From Cenococcum geophilum (lineage: Eukaryota), in NCBI GenBank assembly GCA_050273025.1, contig CP158635.1, positions 16,492,001 to 16,556,000 of the forward strand: 64,000 nt of DNA, read 5' to 3'. A program made the position numbers and the translations under genes. Every line of letters begins with the position of its first letter. The stretch's first letter is position 1. Shown here one piece after another: positions 52,070 through 64,000 of this stretch. The notes under the pieces are model-generated. The model had not been told where the DNA came from, searched no databases, and worked only from the letters and a program-made list of their open reading frames with translations.

Positions 52070-53453
52070 GAATTTTTAGGATGGGTTGGGGGCAGTAGAT
52101 GTTAGAATTAAGCGAGAGATGCTGACTAAGCTCTAGATACATTGCGAGGACGAAGTCCGTATGCAATCTATATAGATATTAACCGTATCTACTACATCAC
52201 GAATTAATTAATATTTATCGTCTGCGTCATCTCTATTATTAATTAGATCCTTAAGATAGCTCCGCTATAACCCTATAACCTTATAATTCTAATAGTGGAG
52301 GAAGTCTTTAATTAATTAAGCTTGCTGACAAGCTTATGGCCTACTATAATTCGTTATCTTTTAATATTGTTATTGTAAGAGCAACCGCGTTAGGTGAAAT
52401 AAAAACTATATAAAGAGTATTTTCCTTTTCTTAAAGTAGTAGACTAAAGTAACTAATGAAATTATTTTGCGCGACAGTAGCATCTTACTACACTACGGGA
52501 GTATTGCCACTATTAGTGGACCATGGTTATCCCCTAGCTGATGATTCTTAGTTAGCAATTAATCGTTGAGCATATATAATAGGTGAGATGTAAGTTGCTA
52601 CTGCCCTAACTTCCTTAATTTGAAGTTCTAATTGCCTTAATAAGATAGCTAAATAAGGAATAGCATGATATAAAAATATCTACTATCTAAATATCCAGAT
52701 CTACTGAATGCCACCTATTATACTCTATACTATTATAATCGGCCATCGTAATCTGCTCCGATTTTAGGTGGGCCAAAAAACTCTAACCAAGATTTCTCAG
52801 CTTTGCGTTGGTTGTCTATATAACGCTCTATTGCATAGCGAAGATTAATGCAAAGCTTATTATAGTACTTAAGAGAATCTCTGGTTTGTAAAGCATCTTA
52901 ATAGTAAGTAACTTGCAACTATTAACAAATATTGCTAACTTTAAGGTGGAATCGTTAAGTGTACTCAAAGCAATCCTAATAGAACTGAATTTCCACCCGC
53001 AAATAGCCGTTGTCTTTTGTGAGTCGGACTTTATCGTCTAGCGGGGAGCTACTTTTGCCCGTTTGTAGGCGTTAAGTAGTGGCTTTAAGCGCTATAGAGG
53101 TCCCTTTGCGAAGCCTAATTTTATAATCTAGAAGGGTAACCTCCGGAGGCTTATTAGCACGCTGTTTTACCTATAAAGCCTATTTATCCCTTCTCCTAAA
53201 TCTATTAGGAGTAGACATAATTTGCGATTTTAAGAAGATTTGGGCCGCTATTAAACTTTTTGAACGGGTCCTAGCTAATATACTAGTAATTGAGACAACC
53301 TTAAATATTAGTGGTAAGGCTGTAACCTAATGGCCCGCGTAAATAGTATGGTTAAGGAGACTTTAACATTCTGTAAGCCTAGTACTGTAATATATATATA
53401 TATAGGATAAGTATTAGTAAGTGCATCGAGTATTAATATGTTTTCGCACCTCA

Positions 53454-54628
53454 ATGGCTCCAACGTAACCGTGGCCGGTAACTCTATTCCCGAGGAATAC
53501 TAACAATAGTAGGCGTGGTCGGATTAGTACTAAACCTAACGACTCCCCACTAAATATACCTAGCAGCGATAAGCCTGCCTTAAAGGAAAGTAAAGTAAAG
53601 AAAGTAGCTTATCAGAAGTTCCTACGGCCTTTTAATCTTCCTAAAGCTTCTTAAATATTGCCCTTTAATAAATTAAACGCGCAGCCTATAAAAGAAGAGC
53701 TATAGCGACTTATGTGTAGACTAGACGACCCTAATAAATACTACCACCCCTTTTAGAAGCGAGAATTAGGGGGACAGGCTATTATATCTTACGGTAAGAG
53801 TTTAAACTGTAAATTCGTTACAATAAAGAAACACGCGTTAAAACCTACCGATAGTTGCATATATTGTTTAAAAGAGTTCTCTTATAGTAATATCGTAAAG
53901 CTATATAAAGTCTTTTTATATCAAGGTTCTTTATTCAGCATCTACGAGTACGATTATTTTAAAGTAACGTTATTAGAGGTTAACTCTGTCCCTGTAATAC
54001 TCGAAGAGCATTATATAGCGGTGATATGTTATGAAGTAAGCTAGCTGGTTATAACTATACGCATAACACTAACTATATGTAAGGTTCTTAAGGGTATATA
54101 TTATTTGCAGCGGGTCCTTTAAATTATCTATAGCTACCTTAATACCGATAATATTATACTCTTAGTTGCAGGAAATATCAGAATTGGTAAAACACTTAAC
54201 CTATTTGTAAGAGATAGGAATACTAATGGCTCTTACTAGCAAATATTGCCGAAAGTATAATAATAGAGGAAAACGAGGCGTCTATAATAGACACCCAAGA
54301 TACATAAGCGTTGGGTCGCCTTGTAATGCGATTAATAGAGACTGGTACGAGCATCCAGAATCTAGGGACGTTGGTTCTTTAATGTCTAAAAGTATGGTCT
54401 CCTAAGGCGCGGAGTTTCTTAAAGAATACAGAATTCGTAACTTTAGAGGAGCTTTTAAAAGTAGGTTGTATTACTTCCTAGTTTAAATACGTTGCTTATA
54501 TAAATTATAGTCGCGCTTTTTAAAAAATTCAACTAGTTCCTAATGTCTTTATCCTTATATTTATACGGCGATAATGGCAAAAGAAAGACCCTGGGGATTA
54601 TGCAATGAAATTAATACGATAGATTAAC
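53454..54628 (+). pseudogene. protein kinase-like (STE20/PAK-like pseudokinase)
   Basis: DDPNKYY, FVTIKK, FS(H)SNIVKLY, SIYEY, IAVIC.EVLKGIYYL and I(HG).LNTDNIIL...GNIRIAN. HRD and DFG are absent. Three introns. Confidence 0.78.
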
Positions 54629-54649
54629 TATACTACTTCCTATTAATAC

Positions 54650-55600
54650 TGATCTAGTAGTCAAGCTTCTTAGGGGCTCTTTAAGTCCATTTCTTCCTAT
54701 TTTTCGCATCGCTCTTATCTAATACACCACTGTTAATAATCCCTCTAAGGCCCGCATTCTCCTCTCTTTCTTTCTCTAGCTAAAGTTCGGTGTACTTAAG
54801 CGCATCCCGGCTATCCCGGACTTGCCGTTGTAAATCATTATTTTTATTTAGTGCTTAAAGCATCTGCTTTTAGAATAAGGCTTCTTAATCCTCTAATTCT
54901 GTAATTTTATCTAAAGCGTCAAGTTTTCTGTTCATTACTGCAATCTAATACATCAGGTCGGCGGTTATTGGAGTCGAGTTATAGACTATATATTGGTCTC
55001 CCTTTAGTATTGCAATCTCCCTACGTAAAGCATCCACCATCTTTCTAGCCTCTTGTGCTATATTATAAGCGCACTCTAAGCATTTTTCTACTTTATCTGC
55101 TTTTTCTTTTTTAAATTGCAGTTCTTCTCTGCTCCTTTGATGCTTTAGCCACTCTTATATAAGCTCCTCTTTACACTTAAAGAGAGCGTCCTAACATTCC
55201 CTATATAAAATTGTAGCGTTCTTAGCTAACGTAGTGGTATGTATAAGGCGTTGATCAAGATCTCTTATACGTAGCTTAAGGCTTCGTAAGTGATTGTTTG
55301 CCGCATAAACATTCCCGTAAAATTCCTTTAGGAAATCCCAATGTATTCATTCGTTGTATAATTGGTAGCGGATGTGCGGTATCTTAGTCTCGATTAGTAG
55401 ATAATATAGGAAATAGTAGATTCTATATTCTCCTTACCGGTCCTAGGGCAGGGTTAGTTGCTATCGAGTTTTTCTTTCTGCTAGAAGATAGTAAGGTATA
55501 TTAGATTGAGTTTTATAGAGCAGAGCCACCGCCCTTCTTTATACGTTGCTCGCAATATATAAGGAGCTTAATACTCTTGGGGTACGCTACGTTTGTAAAG
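54650..55600 (-). pseudogene. coiled-coil protein
   Basis: Long E/K/R/L-rich helical frame, e.g. QEARKMVDALRREIAILKG. Confidence 0.35.
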
Positions 55601-55799
55601 CTGTAAGGTTTATGACCGTTATCTGATTACCCAGTTTAACCTTATAAGTAATGCGATGTCGATAATTAATTGCTAGGGACTATTAAGCCAATATATTTAT
55701 ATAAGGGTTTATTACAGCCTAGCTTATCGCCTATAATATGCTTAATGACCGGGATATTAAGAATAGTAAACCGTAATCACCAGTTCTGGAAGCCCTGTG

Positions 55800-56786
55800 G
55801 CTGTCTATTAGAATTACTATAATACTCTAATCCCTTTCATTTTCGGAATCGAACTAATTTATTTAAGGATAAAGATAACCACGGATACGCCTAAGGAGGT
55901 TTTAAAATCGCTACACGTGTATAATGGTGTATATGGCGGCAGCGCCTTTATTAAGGTTGTCTCGAAATTTTAAATTAAATAGTGACGAGTAGGGTATAAT
56001 CACTTAAAGCGCAGTTAGGGAAGATTCGACTTCAATATACTTATAGAAAGTATTTAAAGAGTTTCTCTAAATCTAAGGGAGATGGTTCAAAAGCCAATTT
56101 AGAGTTGATATTAATTTATCTACAATAACTATCTATGTATATCCCGTCATGTAACCTCACCTAAATTAAGGGAGTCTGCTCTGCCCCGCTACTAATATTA
56201 ATACTCATTTTACCTTTAACAAATTGAAGGTTATAGAACTCCTAATTACAGCTAATTGCCCAACTTAATAAAGTATTGCGAATATACGTCAAACTGACCC
56301 TTAACCTCTTCTTTAATGGTTCCATTAGCACTCTAAAGCAATGTGGCGTTAGTCTATAGCTAGGGAATTTGTGGCTCATATAAGTTAATACTAAATTTTT
56401 AGTGTAGAATTCGTGCTATAACTTATAATGTAGGTCTGGAATTCCTACCCGTTTACTATAGTAGGAGGATATTGAAAGTACGGGCTGTACGGATAGCTTA
56501 CGGTAGATTGTCTAGAAGGTACCGCCTTGGTGAAAATAGGGGTATTTACTTCGGGCCTCTTGTTATTAGCAATCCTCTTTATTCTCGCCTAATTCTTAAC
56601 CTCTCTCCTCTTTAAGGCTTTGTGCTTATTAGTCAAGGCATCCTCTATTCTATGTCGCCGAATATTTTAGACCCTGTTGTTATAGGCCTCTATTATCCAG
56701 CCCTATAGTTTATTATTGTATTTGGCCCTTAGATCCAAAAGAAGCTTTTCCTCCTTAGGGTAGTATGCCTTCCTACTAGATAACAT
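55800..56786 (-). pseudogene. Myb/SANT-like DNA-binding protein
   Basis: N-terminus RKAY.P(E)EEKLLLDLRAK...K(PW)GWI.EAYN......R(T)EDALTNKHKALK. 3' limit approximate. Confidence 0.65.
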
Positions 56787-57558
56787 GTCTAAAATGCGGA
56801 GGTGTAACTAGTATAAAGAGGATAGGCTGGTGAGATCGGAAGATTGATAAATGAAAGAGCTGTAGAGTAGTGAAGCTAGGAGTGATAAGTGGTAACTAAT
56901 GTAAGAGCTATGCAGCTGGCCTACTTTATTCCTTTATAAGAACGTTTGGTATATTAGGGAAAGCCACCTCTTAAATCTAGTACGCTTTAGATTTCCCTAT
57001 ATAGTACATTGCAGGTACCTTAAGGTAGGCATCCGACTTAGATTATATAGGCTATCTCAATTTGTAAAACGTACTTAAACGCTAAATCAAGTTAGATAGA
57101 GTGAAAGAGGTGAAATCTATTATACTATCCATTTCCGTTACTAATTACCGTCATAACGCCTTTACCTAGCATATAACTTTATCCACCCACTACACTGCTT
57201 AATCCACTTAGTATGAATGTTCACCTACCTAGCATAAATATTCACTCACCCAGCATAAATATTCACTTACCTAGCACATCCACCTACCCGGCACATCCAC
57301 CCACCTAGCATTATTATTTGGTATTTAATAGCACCGCCGCTCTTTACCCTCTTTGTAGGGAACTCCGCTTTTATACGCGATAGTAATTCATCACTACTGC
57401 TTATAGGGGTTTATATATCTCCGTTTAGAACAGAGCGAATTGCGCACGCGACTAGCTATGAAAGATATCGGTTAGGGATATTATATGTGAGTGGGTCCAG
57501 AGGGGTGATATATTATCAATTTTGGTAATACAAAAGCGTTCCTACTACTTTTAAAGTA

Positions 57559-58030
57559 ATGGAGAGTATAGACAACAACATCTTTTTTAAAGATTGGGAC
57601 GCTCTTTTTCCGGAGATTCTAAAACTTGGAATGACACAGGAGCCTGAATTAAAGCCCCTAGAGAATTTACCTATATATATTGCGAATATATAGTAGGAAG
57701 AGAGCAATCTAGAAACATGGCTTAAAGGCTTAGGCGGACATCCTGTTATACTAAATCAGTACTATAGCATAGTTAATAAGGACAGGGGGCTTTAATAAAA
57801 TAAGCCTAACTTATTAGATATTAATAGCACTAATAACTTGCTAACGTAGACGTAGGTTATATAGCCTATAGACAAATCGCTAGCAGTCTTATAAGACGTC
57901 CCTATTCAGCTAAAAGGCTTATAGGAGTAAGTAAAGCAACTTCGGCTTTCTATTATAGACAAGTTAGAGCAAATTAAAAGGTATATAGTAGAAACTAAAG
58001 AATATATTGACGAGCTCCTACCCTAGACAC
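57559..58030 (+). pseudogene. hypothetical protein with C-terminal coiled coil
   Basis: MESIDNNIFFKDWDALFPEI... ending in a helical IDKLEQIKRYIVETKEYIDELLP segment. Confidence 0.3.
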
Positions 58031-61000
58031 TTAAGGTTCACGCCGCGATATCGGATATTACCGACCGAATTGGTAAAGCTAGTTCTGGTAGGTTTATATA
58101 GGGTGGTTAGTAGGTTATCTGTTGTACGCATCTTAGAGACGTTTAAGTGGCTAACCCTAGGGCGGGTGGCAACTTCTAATTCGTATATAAAGGTTAGGCT
58201 AGGTAGCTTAAAGTTCAATTTTATCTTTATTATCTTTACTACCACTATGCTAGGCAAAAAGTGGCTGAAATTAGAAGAAATTATTGTTCTATATTAAGCT
58301 TTGAGGGGCACGAGCTATATAAGATGTATTAAAATCCTTAAAAATAGCCGAGGGAGAGACTGTACTATTATAGCTATATAATGTAAATTACTATAACTCT
58401 AAGAGGACAATCCACTCCTCTATAACTTGTAAACGAAATTATAGAATACTTAAGAGGTAGATAGGTAGATAGCTTTATAAAGCCTTTTTAAGGATGAGCT
58501 TGAAGTTAGACGCGCGGAATGTGCTATTTAAGTATAGATCTTTACGGGTAGCACGCACGGCAAATTTCTTAAACATCACGACTTAGTAAGATGTTAATCT
58601 CTGGGCGGATTATAGCCCCGACGTTTTCCAACTCTATTTTTGCCTATACCTCTATATTTCCTATTTATCCTAAACGCGCGACTAAGGAGAAATTGCATAT
58701 ATAGGGGCGCCTCTAATTTCCTATCTAAAGGGAAGTAGCGGAGATAATAATAATGACTTAAAGAAGCGAATAAGTGCATAAATCGTGACGCTATAAATAT
58801 TAGGTGACCTTTTTTTTATATATGTAATTAGGTAGGGAATATACACCCCTGCCTGATTTATTATTTTGATTTCTTGTCTATAACTTATTTAGTGTGGGAT
58901 TTCCGCATAGCCTATTGTTTCCACGCGTATTTAGTGTAGGGTATTTCGTAAAGCAGGAGGCGTAATAAAAAAGGCGTAGTATAACCACAATTTTTACTAA
59001 TTCTATTAATCTTACTAAATTCTTAACTCTATTCCCGGATTCCCTAGACTACGTTTATAGGTTTTCCTACTTAGCAATATAAATACTCTATACCCGTTAA
59101 TATTTATTTTTAATAAAATGATAGAAATCTAATAAGTACGATGAAATCGCAAAACTAACGTCTTTAGGTTATTAATACTTCCGTCGCTTAAATATTTATT
59201 ATACTAACGATATAAAAAGAACCCGGGAGATCTTTATATCTATACCATACTTAAAGAACGAAAGACTATATTTAAACCCTTTTATTCCATAAAGGTTTAA
59301 CAAAAGACGTTAAGCTATCTTCCTCTTAGTAGATATAAATTCTTAAGAGTAGGCTATAAAACGATTATAATAGACCTAGAAACGTTGTAGAAGACGCTAA
59401 ATAAAAACGCCACCTTAAATAACTGGAAGCGGCAATACGTAATTTAAGAAAAACCAAGAATCGAAGAGACAATAACTATAGAGATATACTAGGCAAAGTC
59501 CTGGCCTAGTTATAAGGGTCTTATTAGAGAGTAATAGGAGTTAGAGAAGTTAGGGAAGATAGTGGTTAATAACCATAGCCCACTAAAAGAAAGAAATTGC
59601 ATAAAGATATTAAAAGGGTTCTTTTATATAAGCTTGTATAATACTAGTGCAGATATTAAGTTGGTGAGAGCAGACTTGTTTAAGTAGTATTAGCATAGAG
59701 GATTAAATAATACAGTTAACTGCTTCCTAATGGGAAATTGTGTAAATAGTAAATAAAATCTTATATTGTACAGCCTTTAAATTAATGCAAATTAATCCTA
59801 GGTTATGCTTTAAAGATAATCCCACTTTATTCCCCTAGGAAAACCAGATAAAATTAGAGAAGATTTAGTCGGCAGAGATTCATATTTCTAGTAGGTATCT
59901 TTCTTAAAACTGAAGTAAAGCGTAAGTTAGCTACGCTAGAGGCTATATTCTTTTTTAGCAACTATTAACTTACTAATTTAATGGCCACCTGGGTCCCTTA
60001 GCTGTGGCTTAGAGTACTTATTTTTATTAGACATTATTATTAATAGCGAAATCCCTTATTCTATTATTGATTTTGTACTTCCGAATTCTCCATAGCCGAT
60101 GCGCTATTAGAGTTTACCCGACCAACCCTTAAATTTATTCCTTCTACCTCTTTTATACGGGTACTCTCTTTTGAGAGCTATATATGTCAGTTTAGTTATA
60201 GATAACCGTTATAATTAATCCCTTAAAATAAAGGCTATTATTTACTTTTTACTCTATAATATTATATAAGTTTATAGCTCTTCGTCGGTAAAGTAAAAGA
60301 GCCCCTACCTATGAAGTATATCTAACTTTTTATTTTATAGATTATTTTTATCTTGAAAGTGAATAAGTAGGGCAATCTTGCAGGGGATATAGGATATACG
60401 CGCAATTATAGCAAAGACTACTCTCTTCTATATATTTTAAACTAACAGGCTAATTCTAGAGTAGCTGGCATTTAAGAGTTTTATACTATACTTAGTCTTA
60501 ACTCTTCAGAATCCTTCTATAGTGTATTTTAAGAATAGTAGTGCCAGATAGAAGGGTATCTAAGACTTTAGGCTGCCCCTGGCTCTTCTATTAATGCTTA
60601 CTATTAAGAGAACGGTGTAATATCTGCTCTGAAAGTACAGGATAGCATTATAGGCAACATATACTAGTTTAGAAGTTACTGGCCTAGAAGTATGGACGGT
60701 AGTCCTAGTAGGCAGGACACCATCTTATAAAATGAGGTGCAAATATAGAAAGCAAATTAAGGGAAACCAAACGTATTACTAAGAGGGAGAGGTAAGAATT
60801 CCTCCTTTCTATTAAATTACTTACTAAAAGCGCGGAGTGTTAAATATTAGCCTATTTAATAAAGGAATATATAGCAGCAATGGCAGTAACAGGCCTTGCT
60901 AGTGTTTATTTAGAATACCTTATAATGTTCAAGTTAGGAGCGTATACAGAGTATATTGGCTTTAGGATTTCTCAGGTTAATATAGACTACATACTAACGC

Positions 61001-61488
61001 GGTTTAGGTAAGATTTATAGGCCTATTTAGTTTTAAGCTAACTTAAGCAGTTCTACACCTCCTGTATAGATATTAATATTGTAGATAAATAGAAGTAGCA
61101 CTTAGCTCACAAGTTAAGAGGCGTCAATGGCGGCTGTATATGATACAGTAAATGGCTATTTTACTCTAGTCTAGGGCTATAAAATTTTCATAGAGACACT
61201 CTTAATTAACGTGACGTTTAATCACACCATACTTACTAGTCTATAGTATGCTAGACTCTGCCTGTTTACCGCGTATTACTTAATTATCTCTAACGTGTTA
61301 AATGCTAAGATATAAATATTCTATATCCACTAAATTTAATCCGTGCGATTTAAAGTAAGTATCTCTATTATTAAGCACAGCCGCATAGGAGGTGTATTAG
61401 CTGTAATCGTGATTTGCTAGAACTAGGCTAGACGCTAACAACACTAAATTAATCCAGCTTGCCTTTAAGTTTCGTACTTAAGGTACCT

Positions 61489-62290
61489 TTAGCTTCCTTT
61501 AAACCCGGGGTATTTTGATAAAACCCCTATCTTGCTTATCTCTCTAGCAACTACCTTGTAGAAGCTAGACCAAATCTTAATAGGACTATTTATAAATAGG
61601 AACTCACCTATATATTCACCTTCTAGAGCTGCAAATTCAATATTGAGTTCCGACACGTTAGCTTTTATAGCGTCGGGATTGAGTTCTAGAAGATAGTAGG
61701 TGGTGATCATTGCTATAATTCCAAAAAGTGGAGATTTATTAAGAAAATCTAACACCGTATCTCCGGAATCTAGGGGGAAAAAGGTATAGAATGCGGTCAC
61801 TAACAAACTTTTAACATTTTCGATATATTCCCCAAACCCAACCAAGGTCCTTAGTGCATAGTCTCATAGTCCTAAACAGGCAATATCCTCCCTTGCAAAC
61901 TTATAGATATATACAATATAGCCTATATAGTTATTATAGATATATCTCTCGCCTAGATACAGTTCGCTGTAAAAAATCCAGTTAAAGAAAGCAACTAAAA
62001 GGTATAAAGGGTAGTTCTTATAATTTAAGTCACTTATTTTAAGCTTTTTGGGGCTTCTAGTCAGCTCGTTAAGAAAGCGATTGCTAATACTACATAGAAG
62101 CGTACGCGGGGCATATAATTTTATATTGTCGTCGCCTGCGCCACCGGTATAGATAGTAATAATGTCAAAGTTATAGCTCCTAGTCGCAAGTAAGTCTTTC
62201 TTTATATTAAATTCTATAGCTGTAAACTTACCTATAGAATGTAGTAAAAATTGGATCTAGGTAGTTAACCATTTTCGGGCTAATGTATAT
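61489..62290 (-). pseudogene. BTB/POZ domain protein
   Basis: DIITIYTG....KL(H)APRTLLCSISNRF, then AFFNWIFYSEL and IVYIYKFA....GL(R)DYAL. Confidence 0.6.
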
Positions 62291-63067
62291 ACTTTTAGGT
62301 ATATTCTTGTAGCAGAATCCCTAAGGATCTCTATATTATTAACAAGCTAATAAAATAGGAATGGCTATAACCACCTCGCTTACTTACCTACTTACCCACT
62401 TACCTACTTACCTGCCTCACCCACCTTATCTACCTTATCTACCTCACTCGCCTTACCTACCCCTCTACCCGAGATAATAAGCACGGTAAGCTTTATAATT
62501 TAGTTTCCGAAGCTTGTTTGACGGGCCTTATAAGGGTTAGCTCCTCCAAGCTGGTGAGGGTTTTCTCTTAGGTAGTCGCGGACCACGACTATGCCGCGTA
62601 TAGGCTAGGATTGCACGAGCTGGGCCAGATTAGCTAGATCCCTTATAGCTAAGATTATCCCCTGTTTATAAGCGCAGACTTTATCTAACCTATATTATAT
62701 TGACGCCGGCCCCCTGCCAAAGCTTTTCTATACTTTATGAAGTACCTCTACCGCATATCAGACGTGGTGGCGCAGAGTAGGACATTAAGGGAGAATCGGT
62801 GATTGTGTACTATTACCTAACACTAAGCGACGCCCGTTAATCACACTATTTTATATTGCTAGACGTTTTTTAGCTGTTTATATCGTTGCTCCTATGCTAG
62901 GGGTTTATAACATTTGTCTAATGACCTGTATTACTTATTTATAAAAATATTATAAGGGAAGCTCTTATTAAACAATTAAATACTTAAGGGGCAGCTACCG
63001 AATATATAACGCCACGCTCGGTACCCAACTAGCTCTTAGCAATTTTATCAACCTTTTGATTTACAGA

Positions 63068-63770
63068 ATGGCTTTCCAACCATCTTCTAATGATAGTAAT
63101 GCACCTACGTATGTTACCGATGTAGAGAATGTTATCAGTTATTAATATTAGCAAGTATTTTAATATCTCCTTGCCCCCCTAAATCCTCTAAGCGACCCCC
63201 TAACTTATTCGTTATGGGATATATCTATTAACGGCTTGATTACGCGGAACTTCTTATACCCTAACGTTAGTGGGAATAGTAAGGCATCTAGTTAAACTTC
63301 TAAAAATCAAGATTAAGAGTTATATGCTCCCACTCTATATATGGAAAGTCTGGAGGATGAGTTAGCGGTTGAAAGGGTATATATACCCCTATAAAGTGTT
63401 TTCCTTATTTAATAAGCGGTAACCGCAGAAGGAAAGGGTAGCCTTATAGTAAAGGGTGGAGAAACTAGAGAGTATAGAGGCGGAGCTTGCAGCTTTACGG
63501 GTATATATACCCTCCGAACTATTTTTTTAATTTGGTTAATAGAGTGGCAACTATAGAAACGAGGTAAAACCCTAAAGTAAAGGGTTAAAATAATAGAGGA
63601 CGCCATAAAACCATTAGTTAAGGTTATGTTTAGAATGCATCTTAAGGGAGATAAGGTATAATATATCCTCCTAGCGTAATATGAACTATCTAACCCAAAA
63701 GTCTAGGTTGCTGTAAGTCTTATTAAATGCTATAACAGTCTGTTAAAAGACAAGCGGTAAGTTTTGGTAA
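63068..63770 (+). pseudogene. small coiled-coil protein, paralog B
   Basis: MAFQPSS... and YAPTLYMESLEDELAVER, an intron at the same position as paralog A, then ERVAL(QQ)RVEKLE. Confidence 0.55.
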
Positions 63771-64000
63771 ATAGTAGGTATTTGAGCAGCTATTATTCCT
63801 ATTGGATTATAGGACGCTAGGAGTTAGTCTTTAAATTGCTTTAGCGAATAAATAGTAGATAGGTTGTACTTGTATTAGCGACTATTGCTTTTACCTTAAG
63901 AGAATGCCTTAGTGGCAGCATTTAGTCCTAATAATCTATTTGAGGTATAAGAGTGTTATACGGCTTGGCTAATCGTCGTAGTTGCGCATTGCGTAAACTG

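Larger units (their letters stand above)
18269..64000. mobile_element. putative giant cargo-carrying mobile element nested in the Copia RT; far end outside the window
   Basis: Abrupt loss of RT homology. More than 45 kb of uniformly RIP-mutated, intron-containing non-TE genes. No RT C-terminus, RNase H or 3' LTR seen. Confidence 0.7.

Noticed and set aside
14576..63606. Short ORFs in the supplied track read as intact genes
   Set aside because: They are fragments between RIP-generated stops or antisense shadows of pseudogenes. None looks like a complete functional CDS.

Overview
Filamentous ascomycete (Pezizomycotina) genomic DNA with two sharply different halves. Bases 1 to ~14.5 kb hold intact, intron-containing housekeeping genes (GUA1, BCP1, Rieske RIP1, a POA1-like macro domain, a DPB3/DLS1-like histone fold, a GEF1-type CLC channel), two probable pseudogenes and a small hairpin element. 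From 14,571 to the window end the DNA carries a strong repeat-induced point mutation (RIP) signature: TpA is abundant, CpA/TpG are depleted, and Gln/Trp codons have become TAA/TAG. That block starts with a Ty1/Copia retrotransposon whose reverse transcriptase breaks off just after the KARLV motif (~18,268). The following >45 kb is not retrotransposon sequence. It is a dense array of RIP-killed, intron-containing cellular-type genes: chromo-like domains, a putative HNH/His-Me nuclease, a multi-C2H2 protein, a polytopic membrane protein, a full-length divergent BLM10/PA200, an NDT-like enzyme, a pseudokinase, Myb/SANT and BTB/POZ proteins, and an inverted paralog pair. My best reading is one end of a giant cargo-carrying mobile element (Starship-like or an undescribed class) nested in the Copia. 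No mobilising enzyme or far end is visible here. All pseudogene calls come from manual translation with RIP mutations reversed by eye; no database search was run.
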